64,000 nt of DNA from Takakia lepidozioides. Lineage: Eukaryota > Plantae > Bryophyta. Location of the stretch: NCBI GenBank assembly GCA_030704615.1, contig CM060732.1, positions 46,934,001 through 46,998,000 on the forward strand, given 5' to 3'. This document shows positions 16,101 to 27,164 of the stretch, one piece after another. Positions within the stretch are counted from its first letter, which is position 1, and each line of letters starts with the position of its first letter. The position numbers and the translations under genes were made by a program. The notes beneath the pieces were generated by a model that saw nothing but the letters and a program-made list of their open reading frames with translations, was not told the origin of the DNA and did no database searches.

Positions 16101-17990
16101 CTCCTGGGCGTGGGTCAGTACCTGCATCATGGCAGGTTTCCAAAACATTCATGATTTTGAAATTGCGACGATGTCCAACACAGAATAGGAGAAAATTATA
16201 CCTGATGCCACCAAGTCATGACATTGAGCCAGTCGTTCATTTTGTCGTCTGTTGGCTCGATGGGAAAGTGGTACAGCAGCTTCGTGTTTGTATGGCCGTT
16301 CCAGATTCGCAGCCACCTCGTCTGCAGCCACCTCACATCGGTCAGACAAGAACTCAAACATAAGAATCGCGAGAAGTCACAAAACAAGAATAAACACATG
16401 CTTACCTTCTCCGCCGGCTCAACACAGGACACTGCGATGTGATGAAGTTTCTCCATGGACATTTCCGGTTTCATGGGTCTGGAGTAATGCAGTCCTATCT
16501 CCGCCAGGAACTCGGCACCAAGACCAGGGTCAGCGATTGCAACTTGCTTAACAAGTTTGGACCTGTACTTGGTCCGGGATTGCTTCCCTGCCTGCACAAT
16601 ATGACTCTCTATCGACGCGTCCGCCTTGTTGGGGGCATCATTCCCAAAGAACTGCCTTTTGGCATAGGCCAAGTCATCCCTGATGTTCGTCTGCATTCCC
16701 ATACCCAGCAGATACAGTCAGGCCACGGATCCCTGCAACAAATAACATTAAATTGATACTGAAATTTGAGATGAACCTCACCGAATAGAGGATCTCCACC
16801 ATGGCGTCCAGTGTTGGTCGGTACCAGGTGCGATCTGCTTTCGCTAGGGACTTCCTGTACAGCTCGGGATCGAGGGACTTTTGGAAGTCCGTCAGCGGAG
16901 CTGTCACCACTTCTTGCACTCTGTAGAGCGTATGTGCCAGATGAGTTTCCACGAAGGCCCTCTTTGTTACCCTACCATGGAGAAAAAAAACAACATGAAA
17001 ATATGATTTCGGCACAGCAATCCAATTTCCAGTTCATAGAGTGCATGACAGTGGTGAACATTGCCTATTTCGGCGCCGCAATAGGCAGTACACAAGGATG
17101 TAATTGTATACTTACATATTTATATCCGCCATGGCACCCTTCAACAGTCCTCTGTCCCTGACGTCCACCGCATCTGTGTTTTCTGAAATTGACTGCAAAC
17201 CCAATATCTCCGCTTCCAGTCTCCCTAGGGGTTTTACTGGCGAAGCCATGGGCTCCTTCTGCTTTCTCGGCTTCCAAACTCTAGGTGGGCTTTTCGGAGG
17301 CGATATCTGAGGTGTTGAATGAGGACTCGTCTGCCTCGATGCACTTCCACCTTGTGAGCGCAGCACCCGGGCAAGAGTATCCAAAGTTGACTGTGTTGCC
17401 TCGCCCCCCTGCGATCCCTCCCCAGCTCCCATGTCAAACAAACAGGAAAACATGAGACACTGCACGCCAAAACAAAGGTGTAAAAGGAATATTGCGTATG
17501 GAGTGCTTCACATCCGCGAAGCACGAATCTCTCACTGGTGGGCGATCCGAGTCTCCGGATAACGAGGTCTGCATTTCATGCATGAGACGGAGCTTAAGTC
17601 GTGTCGTCGGCGGCTTCCCAAAATCCCGCGTCCTCCTCTTTGCCGGAGTCGCCTGACCTTCCACAAACTCTATGCTACCACTATGCCGCATAAGGAGAGG
17701 AAACGCAGGAGAATGTCACTGCAGAAGGGCAAGGAGCGAGAGACCGAAGCGGTGGAACATGCAACCACTATGCACGAGCAGATGCGTAAGCAGCCACGTC
17801 TCCCGAAGCGTTGCCACCGTCCACCACTTTCTGCCGTATGGGTGATGAAGAGATGTGACCCCTGACACGTTCGCACGGATGAAGTCGACTGGAACACGAC
17901 TCGTGCCAGTTCCAGCCACCAGTGTATGACGGTTTATCCGAATTGCGGCACCGAAATACCTTCCGTTCACCGGATGCTGTTCCCGGAGCA
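16100..17990 (-). CDS. Putative multi-exon gene of unknown function, divergent from the MULE transposase
   Basis: Consecutive minus-strand ORFs 17716-18066, 17112-17465, 16674-17015 and 16196-16702 separated by short T-rich intron-like gaps; no recognised domain. Confidence 0.35.
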
Positions 17991-18750
17991 GCCGGCATTG
18001 AATGAAATATCCGCACATCATGAAACCCAACCGCCATGAAAATCCCCTGCATATGACATTCAACAATCAGGTCGGTACGTTTCATCAGCGGACGGATGAA
18101 TTTCGGCGCCGAAATTCATCCTATTTAAGTGCTTTCATACACAAACTTACAAATGTCGGCGCCGCAATTCATCGCTTCCCAAGTCCTCATTCGTCATGAG
18201 CAAACCTGTCAGTGGGATATCGGAGCCGGAATTAATTCCGGGACAACGGAAACGGTTGCACTTCGGCACATTTCATCCATATTTCGGCGCCGAAATTCAT
18301 CCAGAGCGAAGACTAAATCGGCACGATGCTATGCTTTGCCGCCATCATTGCCCCTGACGGATGTTGTCCATGCCTGTTGGACTTGCCATTTCTGGACATT
18401 TAACTATAATTTCGGCGCCGAAATTATACTTTATGTGCGGCAACGTCCCGTGCGAAAAAGACCACTTAATGGATACTGTCGGTTTCAAATGAAAAAAAAC
18501 CGGCTAAAATGCAATTAATTTTGACAGAAGTGGTTTAATATGCCGATTTCTCCATTAAATGCAGAATATTCCTGTTATATTCGTCGGAACGGGGTATTTC
18601 CAACGATTTACGGAAAATTATCATCCAAAAGCAAAAAGTAAGTGCCGGGTTTGGACGAATTTCGGCGCCGAAATTCATCCGTCGCATAGAAAATGTAATA
18701 TTAGAGTTACTCATTGCGGACAGTAAGGATGAATTTCGGCGCCGAAATTG
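17060..18750. repeat. Array of palindromes GAATTTCGGCGCCGAAATTC, left part
   Basis: Perfect 28-bp palindrome at 18094-18121; further copies near 17065, 17940, 18280, 18410, 18657, 18730. Confidence 0.9.
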
Positions 18751-18757
18751 ATCCATT

Positions 18758-19107
18758 TGTCAAGTTAAATAAGCACAGTGTGAAAACAGCTAGCATAAAA
18801 CTAGTTGTTTGTATTTAACACTTGGATTTAGGTCAAGTGTTAAATCAGGTGTCAAGTTTAGTTTGACACCTGGTCCGTCTTATCTTCACCAGAGCGGCAG
18901 TCGCGCGGCTCATCTCTCTCGAGTTGAGCCTGCGCGACCGAGCTCTTGCAGCGTTTAGGACTGAGTGTGCTTATGATGGGAGTATAGGTTGTTGTGGGGT
19001 GGAGTCCCCATAGCTTGGGGTGCCCCTGGCTCGACTTCTATTCTAAAGAGTGATGGTTTTGGTTGTCATGTTTTGTGTCAACAGTGTGTTCTTAGCTTTT
19101 CTTATCA
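18758..19107 (+). repeat. E2 repeat A1 (350 bp, TG...CA)
   Basis: Matches 30639-30988 with two differences seen. Confidence 0.96.
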
Positions 19108-19123
19108 CTCGAGAGAGATGAGC
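19108..19123 (+). promoter_or_regulatory. E2 self-complementary primer-binding site
   Basis: CTCGAGAGAGATGAGC directly after A1 is the reverse complement of GCTCATCTCTCTCGAG at 18908-18923; no TGG-type tRNA PBS. Confidence 0.8.
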
Positions 19124-19441
19124 GTTATCTAGTGAGCTGGTGCTAAGCTAGATACAATGTTTGTTTTAGCATTATTATAATATATATCTTGGGGCGGGAG
19201 TCCATCTGGCCCTACTGTTTCTATGGGTTGTGCGCGCAGATTTAGTTGTCGTCTCTGCTCGTGAGTTTGAAAACCAAGAGGTGTGGAGGTTGAAGACTTT
19301 GATAGTTGGCTTCCCTACTCTCTTTCACTAGGACGGAGGGAGACGAGACTCGTGTAAACTTTTGGATTCGGACCCAAAACAGTCGGGAGTGGCTGGACCA
19401 CGAAGTGCAAACAGTTTGGGGTGGCGTCATCCCTGGTTGTG

Positions 19442-19543
19442 GTGGCTTCCTCTGGTGGAGGTGCTGCTGCTGCACCTGCCGGAGAAAAGGAGGAAGCGAA
19501 GGAGGAGTCTGATGATGACATGGGTTTCAGTCTTTTCGACTAA
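19442..19543 (+). pseudogene. Captured C-terminal fragment of a 60S acidic ribosomal P protein (P1/P2 type)
   Basis: Reads VASSGGGAAAAPAGEKEEAKEESDDDMGFSLFD-stop (TAA 19541-19543); no in-frame ATG upstream, so absent from the ORF track. Confidence 0.88.
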
Positions 19544-21711
19544 GCTTGGGATGTAGTGTTGCAGCGCATCCGATGGTCTTTCGCAGTTGACAGTAGGTCG
19601 AGCCACAGCCGAATGGAAATGAGGTTGCTGATAAACCCAATTGGAGAAGGTGCAGTTGATGTTATCTCAACTGCAGGTGGCTGCTGAGCATTACTTAACA
19701 GCCGTTTTATACCTGCGCTGGTGCTGGTAGAGGCTAGGAAGAAGGAGTGAGCTGGAAGATTCCCGCCCTTCTTCAAGCATGCTAGGCTCAGGGTGGAAGG
19801 TTCAACTTACGGCGGGCTGCTGGAGAGCTAAGAGGTCTGCCACCTATCAGCCTCTGCTCTAGCCTCTGCTCTGCCTATTCTGTGTGAGTGGATTGTTCCA
19901 CCGAGGGTAAAGCGCTGGCTGGGATTTGGTGACCAGCGATATTCCGCCATCACGAGTGGGACTGGCTTCCTTGGGTTAGTTCCGATTTGCAAGGCAGCAA
20001 GTCTGCATTGTTTGCTGTCTCTCGCAATGGCCATTTGCTGCAGGGTTGGAAGTTCAAGGTCAGGCCCTCAGGTTCCCTTTTCGGGCCAATCGTTGCTGAC
20101 ATTCCGGAAAATCCATACTATGCTATCAGGGTTTTCTGCTTAGTAATAGGCCAGGTGAACCCTTCTCTCGTGAACGGCCTACACACCAACCCCTTCCTGC
20201 ATTGGTTCCTTCAGGCACCAGTTACCTTCGCCAATTTGATTCCAGGGAGTGGGTGTGGAAAGACAAGAAACACAGCCCGTTTTTCAAGTACATTGTCAAA
20301 TTGGACTATAGCCAGCCACTATGAAGGAGTAGTTGTGGGCTGGTTGATGTGAGGTTGTCTAGCTGTACATTGCGAGGAAGCAAGCTTTCTTATCTTAGCA
20401 AATGGATGGACAGGGTCAGGCTAGATTTTCTAGCAAGTGCGTAAGCTGCTGTCCAGCAAGGAAAAGCTGATCAGCAGTAGAAGCATGAGATGCGGCGTGT
20501 GTGACTTGAGATAGATGTACACAGGGAAGGACCAGCCGCGTAGCCTGCTTTGCGATCAGGTCTTGCATCAGGTCTAGGCGACAGTGGCGGCATTAATGTT
20601 TGTGAGACGGGGTGATCTCATATATTAACATTGCAGCCTAGTGAAGGAAGACCAGGTGAGGCTCTACATACATGACCAGCGGTGCTTTGATCCGGAGTTG
20701 CAGTTAGAAATTGTGAGACAAAAAGGAAAAAACATTGTAGTACATTTGACCTTTCGGCCACCAGCAGGTGCAGGTCCAATTATATCACTTGGTCCTTGAA
20801 GTGGTACACCAGGCCGAGCTTCTCCCTTTTGATTTTGCGTTCAGTTGGGAGCCCGCTATCAGTTCTCAAGATGGGGCAGCTTCATCCCATCGCCTTGGTT
20901 CTGTGCATGTCCCTGGTCATGGGGATGTAATAACCACCCTAAGCCAGTTTAGAGTGGTGTTTGAGGTCCTGGAGAGCTTGAGCGTTTACAGCACCAGCGT
21001 ATACTGTAACCCTCTCTGCTATGGCGATCTTCAGGCTGCTCTTGGGGTATATGCCAATGGTCGATGAAGGTATTAGCACCACCTTGGAAATCACAAATTG
21101 AACGTGATGGTCTTATTGCTGTGGTTGATATGTATTTGCCCAGTACATGAATGGTTGCGGAAAGCCATCCTGGTTGTGGTCACTCTGACAGGGCAGTAGA
21201 CATGGGCTCTCATACAACAACGATAAGATGGCATTGATAGCAGCAGCTTCAACAAGGTGTTCTCGTTTTGAAAATCTGGCATACCAATGAGGACATTACC
21301 TTTATCATGGTAATTCCACTGTGGAGAGATTGAGTTAAGAATCTAAGGAATTCTTAGGGAACCAGGGAACAGGGAACCTGCAGTGAATCCCAACAGACGT
21401 GGGAACAGTTTTTAATGGTGAGAACATTTTGGTGTTAAAAAAAAAAAAAAAAAAACCTTTTGATCTAATTTAAAGGATTTAGAGCCTGGTTGGTCATATC
21501 TTTGTCAAATGAGCTCCGTTTGACTCAGTTTTTGAGGGGATAGCTGCAGAAAGGGGAAATCTACCTACCTAGACCTGATTTTTGTTTTTAGGACTCTGCT
21601 AAAAATCTATGGAATGTTTAGAGTGTGAGTGTGCCATGAAAGATCCACAATTCTGTTTCTAGAACTTGTGCTGGTCTATATGATAGACAAATCTGTGGAT
21701 GTACTCCTTGT

Positions 21712-22461
21712 ATGGCTGGGGGAAATGAGGACGTAATTGAAGGGCAGGTCTCTTCTCTTAGCCTGTGCACACAAGGGGACAAGATCTATGTTTCCCAAGG
21801 AACTCAGACTGATTTGAGTGGAGAACAGTTGGACGAGTTGATTGCATACTGGGAGTCAGGCATTAGCAGTAGACAACAGACTGCTGTAGTTGGCATTGAG
21901 GGCCTCAATATCGCCTTGGACAGTCAGAACTCTGTTGGAGCCAGCAGTTCTGCAGCTGTAGGTGAAATACCAAAGTGGGTGAAAGCTAGGCTTGGAACAC
22001 AGCCAAAGACAGCTCCGGGGACCAAGGTGTTCAGCCACAAGGCCGTGGTGTACTGGAGCAGAGGAGCAGGAGCTGCACAAGTTTGTGCAATTAGACAGTG
22101 TTGCAGACGGACACGCTCTGCACAAGGCAACCACGAGCGGGGGTTCATTAGCGAGGACAAGTTTGTTCTGTTTGAAGGCGATGCAGTCATCCGCAATGAA
22201 GACACCCGCAACCGTCTCAAAGCTTTCGAGTTGAGAGACTATCAGACCCTACCTTTGTTTTCTTTAGTGTTCAGTGAGCGGGAGATAGGGGAATACTGCT
22301 TTGTCTCTACCTGGCAGAAAGAGGAGGAGGGTTGGTTAGAGCGAGCTACTGTAGCTTGGGACAAGGTTAGTGGCAGGTTTCTGGACATAGATATACCTCC
22401 TACACCTTACCATCAAGCAGAGCGAGGCACTTTGAGAGAAGTCTGGAAGTTGATAGCATAG
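21712..22461 (+). CDS. Extra 249-aa ORF of unknown function in the E2 leader
   Basis: Uninterrupted ATG-started ORF upstream of gag; no counterpart seen in the E4 leader. Confidence 0.5.
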   Translation: MAGGNEDVIEGQVSSLSLCTQGDKIYVSQGTQTDLSGEQLDELIAYWESGISSRQQTAVVGIEGLNIALDSQNSVGASSSAAVGEIPKWVKARLGTQPKTAPGTKVFSHKAVVYWSRGAGAAQVCAIRQCCRRTRSAQGNHERGFISEDKFVLFEGDAVIRNEDTRNRLKAFELRDYQTLPLFSLVFSEREIGEYCFVSTWQKEEEGWLERATVAWDKVSGRFLDIDIPPTPYHQAERGTLREVWKLIA

Positions 22462-22980
22462 ATCAGGATTAGATCTTGCTTGGGCGGGCTTCTATTCTTC
22501 CCCTCCATCTCTGTACTATTTTCATTACCTTGTACTTGTAGTTGCCAAAGCCTCTCTTGGTGGAGGCCAGTCAGTCCGGGGTTTTGGGCTGGGATATTCT
22601 GCAGGATCAGCATTGCAGCTGGATTTTGGTGTGGGGGTGTTGATGTTTTGATTTCTTGTGTTTGGATCCCCCCCAACACCTGCATGCTTGACTGTGCGCC
22701 ATGTTGGTTTTGTGTGGGCGCTTGCTTTCATAGGGATTAGGCCGGATTTGATCACCGGTCAATCCTAGAGTATGCTGTCGGTGGTGAGGCTGGAGTGATG
22801 ACCAGCAAGACCACCAGTGTTTCTTCTATGGTGAGGCTGGGTTGATGACCAGCCAACCATAGGAGTTCTTGCGGTGGATGCAGGTACAGGTGCCCTGAGC
22901 CATTGGGATATGACCCTTAGACTGCAACAGGTGCCCACCCGTGTCACTATTAGATTAGTACTAGAGCCTTATAGTGTCAC

Positions 22981-25900
22981 GTGGAGGAGGTGCACATTGT
23001 GAGTGTCATTACGGAGTTACCCAAGGGTTTTGAGGGGAGTACGGCTACAAGCAGTGATAGTGAGAGTGGGTTCACAAGACAAGGTATTCGGTTCAGACCA
23101 CCTTCACCGCCACCCTCAACTACTGTAGAGTCAGACACAGACTCGGAGGCTTCATCAACAGGTGTGCACTTTCATTCGCCATTGTTGTGGGACGACATGG
23201 AGGAGATGTATGGAGCTACCAAGGGGCCTCGTAGGTACTCTGGAGCTGTGGGCACAATCGAGTTGGATGACTTTATCCAGGAGTTCGACAGCTGGTGTGA
23301 TTTGCAGCAGATGCGCAATCCACAGCTATTCACCCCATTCATGGCGTGGAAGGGACTGTTCCAGCATTTGGAAGGCCCGCCTATGGACGATTACCACGAG
23401 TTCAGGCGAGGACATGAAGCAGAGATTGAGGAGTGGAGGATGTATTGGTCACCTGACTACGTCTCCATTACTCGAGGCACGACGCGACCAGTAGCTGCAT
23501 CAGTACCAATAGCTCCCACTGCCAGCACTAGTAGTGGAGCAAGTAGTGCTGGTACTTCTGTAGGTGGTACCAGTTCAAAAGGTGCTACTACTTCTCCTGC
23601 CACGACTACAACACATGTGCCTAGATTCAACCCGGTGGTGGAGTTCTTCCAGGAGTTGCGGAGGAACTACCAAGGTGTACGGACAGAGAAGCTGCGAAGT
23701 TTGCAAGACTTCCAGCGCAAACCCAGTGAGAGCCTGCGAGAGGCGTACACTCGTATGAGGCGCTTGATAAGTGTGACCCAAGGGGTTACTGAAGCTCAGG
23801 CAATCCAGTTTTGGTATGGAATTCTGGACAAGGAGCTCAAGAGAAGGGTGCGAGATGCAACCCTGTTACAAGCAGCCCAACCCACATTAGCAGATGTGTT
23901 TCTGCTGGCTGAGCGGATTGAGCTCAACATGGTGGAGGAGCGAGTTGTTACAATTGGATTTGGCAAGGACATGCCTGTACGGGGCACAGCTGTCAGCCCA
24001 CAAGCACAAGGGACTGCCCAACAGCGTGGTCAGGGGGGCAAGGTTGCCCAGCCCAAGTTCCATGGAGCTTACAGGGGACCTCAGGTGCAGAGGCCCGTGG
24101 CATCTTTTGCAGGCCAACAGCAACCAGGGGTGATATGTTGGACATGTGGAGGACCCCATGTCAAGAGAGATTGCCCAGAGAGTGGCAGAAGCCGGCACAA
24201 GCACAGCCTGCACAGTTGCAGTGTGGGCATTGTGGCAAGTATGGGCATGGAGATGCCCAGTGTTATGACTTGCATCCTGAGTTGCGCCCAGGCCAGTTCC
24301 AAGGGAACAATGGTGGCCGGGGGCGAGGTGGACCAGCCCAAAGAGGACGAGGTGGTCGGGCACGAGGTGCAGGCCAAGGCAAGCTCCACATGGCCAAGGA
24401 CGCGGAGGTCAGGGTGTTGACCAAGGCATGGCCAATCGGCTTCAGCAGCTAGAGTAGAGGCTCGCTGCCATGGCTATAGCTCAGGCGATACCGGCTCCCA
24501 GGCAGGATGGCCCACCTCCCGCTCCTGAGGGAGGAGATATGGGAGGCATGGGATTTATGTGCGGAGCAGCACTACCACTAGAGCAGGTGGAGTCTGCTGC
24601 AGCCGTGACTCGAGGAGCAGCACGAGTTCCTGAGCCACGAGGTGCAGAGGTGGAGTTGGATCCACAACGTGGGGAGGCAAGCCGTCAGGCGAGGCTGCCT
24701 CAGTCATTCACCTTGGCGGAGACAGTGTCAACGCCATCCATGGCACCTAGTTCTCGCCCGACTGTTACCGAGGCGGAGGTTACTATGCCATTGGGGAGAG
24801 CTACACGTGCAGCACTGACACCTGCTACCAAGGCTAGTGCAGCCGGTGTGTTATTGGGGGCAGCCATCTCTGGCAACCATGATTGCGACGCCGGGGGTGA
24901 GACCAGCTGCAGTGTTCAGACTAGCAGCAACTCTCTGTGAGAGTGGGGAGGTCACTTCATCTTCTACGGAGTTAGTGGAAGGTATAGTGGCAGAGGGATC
25001 CTCGGATTTGAGGGTCAAGACTGCCACGGCTGCGCCATGGCAAGTTGCAGCTGCCAGGTTGACGGAGCTGCCAGCTAGGCCAGCCATTGAGCGCGCCATG
25101 GTGACACCTGGAGTTGTCTTGTTAGACAACCAGGGAGGCATTTTCACTTTGAGTGGACCGGCAGGCAAGAAGTACCGGCCACTGCGGGTCTTGTTGGACT
25201 CAGGAGCTCAGCCACTGATGTTGGGCAGAGCTGCTATTGCAAGTTTGGGCCTCATGGAGGCGGATATGGAGCCTTGTCCTTTCCAGATACAGACATCTCT
25301 GGGAGGATCAGAGCAGGCTCGCGGCATGACACGGCATCAGTTGGCTATTAGACTGCAGCCGGATCATCCTGTAGATGGCTCAGTGATGCGAGCCAAGGCC
25401 ATTGTGACAGACGCGGTCTCTTACGATGTCCTCGTTGGTGGGGCAGTGTTATACCCCATGGGCTTCACCCTGGATTTCTGGGAGGAGTCAGCATCCTACA
25501 GGCCTGGATGGCAGTCAGGGGATGGTTGCCGTGCACAGCTCCCTGTGACATTCATTGGGGGTATTGCAGCTGCCCAGCGGGGCAAGATGCCAACACTAGC
25601 CGCCTTCACAGTTGCCGTTAGTTGGCCTGGAGAGTTGCTGGAAGGCAATGCCCATGCAGAGGATGTGCCACCTCCAGCAGAGCAGGATGACATGCATGGT
25701 ACGGCGGAGTTGCCTGCCATGGTTGCTCACACTCCGTTGTGGGGTACGAGCAAGGATTTGCAGCAAGCTGCAGATGGACGGGTGCAACAAGCTTGGGAAG
25801 AAGCTTTTGTACCGTCAGGAGAGGAGGAGAGTGCGGTGATTGCACCAGGGCCACCTCAGTTGTCGCCATTGGACACCACACCTCTTGTGTGGCAGCGGCC

Positions 25901-27158
25901 GGATGAAGGCATTTGCCTTCTGGACTTGTTTGGCGGGATCAGCACCGGATTGGCTGCTGTGCTACAGGCAGGTGTGCGGGTAAGGCGTTACCTGTATGTG
26001 GAGAGGGATGAGACTGCACGACGCGTCTCACTGCGCCATGTGGCTCAGTTGGTACAGCAGTACCCTGACTTGTTGCCTGTGTCTGCAGTTCGTGGATACC
26101 AACAAGCCTTGCCAGCAGACATTTCCTTGTTGGGGGCGCAAGATTTGGAGCAGGTTGGCTCCATTGATCTGATAGTGGCAGGTTGGCCCTGCCAAGGGCA
26201 TTCATCAGCCGGGCATGGCAATGGATTGCGAGACTCGAGGACGGGTCTGTTTTGGGAGATGGTGCGGATTTTGCGCTGCTTGCAGCTTCATCAAGCTGTA
26301 TCTCCAGCATACATCTTGGAGAATGTACCACTGATGGGTGATTCTCCGGCCAGGGTGATGGCCAGTGTGCATCAAGTCCGGTCGTGGCTTGGGTCAGCAG
26401 TGTTGCTGGATGCAGCTGCAGTGGGGTCACGGGCTCATCGTCCACGACTATGGTGGACTAACTTGATGCCACCCGCACTGCTCAAGCGTGCATTTGATGG
26501 GGTGCAGCGGCCAGCACACCTCACCGTGGATGGCATTTTGGACACAGGAAGGCAGTCTCAACGTGTGAGACACGATGACCGTTCGCCTTTGGCAGTGGTC
26601 AACAGGGTGGGTCAACCACGAGCAGCATTACCTACACTGCTCAGCTTCCCAGGATCCCATGCTTTTCGGGATGGTGGACCTGGCCTCCTGTGGGATGCTC
26701 AGTTGCAGCAGTTAGTGGAGCCTAATGCCGACGAGCGAGAGCGGGCTATGGGGTTTTCCACTGGGACCACGGCGGTGCCTTCTCTTTCTGAGGCATCACG
26801 TCGTCAGGTGTTGGGGCAAGCAATGGATCTCAATTGCTTGACCTGGATTGTCAGCTTGGCTATGGCTGAGCAACGTAGAGTGCGGAGTGCACTTCCCTTG
26901 ACGGTCTCTCTGCCTACCGAGACGGTACAGGCAGCGAGTGGGGGCGAGCCGGTGAGGACCACGAGGTGTAGACATCCATGGCACATGTGGGAGGTGCTCG
27001 AGGTTCAGAGGGAGTTGGCAGCGAAGGCAGCTGTGATGGATGAGGTTGGGGATTCTTCTCGGGATGAGGAGGTTCTCAATGATGAGATGATGGGGCAGGA
27101 TGAGGCCTTGTCATTGACTGAGCAGGAAAGGGGTACTGCTCAAGAGGTTGCAGCATAG
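22981..27158 (+). pseudogene. E2 Gag-protease-DNMT polyprotein region (frameshifts near 24190, 24380, 24860; stop near 24454)
   Basis: Gag with zinc knuckles CWTCGGPHVKRDC and CGHCGKYGHGDAQC; aspartic protease LLDSGAQP; DNMT motifs; lesions are not shared with E4. Confidence 0.9.
25911..26840 (+). CDS. C5-cytosine DNA methyltransferase domain (DNMT3-like) within E2, uninterrupted
   Basis: Motif I LDLFGGISTG, II YVERD, IV AGWPCQGHS, VI ILENVP, VIII AHRPRLWWTN, IX ERERAMGF, X RRQVLGQAM in canonical order. Confidence 0.93.
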
Positions 27159-27164
27159 CAACCA
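27156..27164 (+). promoter_or_regulatory. Putative stop-codon readthrough signal TAG-CAA-CCA
   Basis: In-frame TAG followed by CARYYA; identical 9-mer in all four copies; frame continues into RT. Confidence 0.75.

Noticed and set aside
18754-18758. 5-bp TSD CATTT for E2
   Set aside because: It would remove the terminal T present in A2, and E4 shows an unambiguous 4-bp TSD
20730-21295. Degenerate antisense reading frame in the E2 leader
   Set aside because: About 190 codons with four stops, no start and no recognised motif; not distinguishable from chance by eye
24180-24460. Programmed gag-pol frameshift in E2
   Set aside because: The frame breaks near 24190 and 24380 and the stop near 24454 are not shared with E4, so they are decay or sequencing indels
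25911-26840. Bacterial restriction-modification methylase or contamination
   Set aside because: It is in frame with the retroelement protease, at the same position in four copies, has DNMT3-like motifs and is flanked by spliced plant genes
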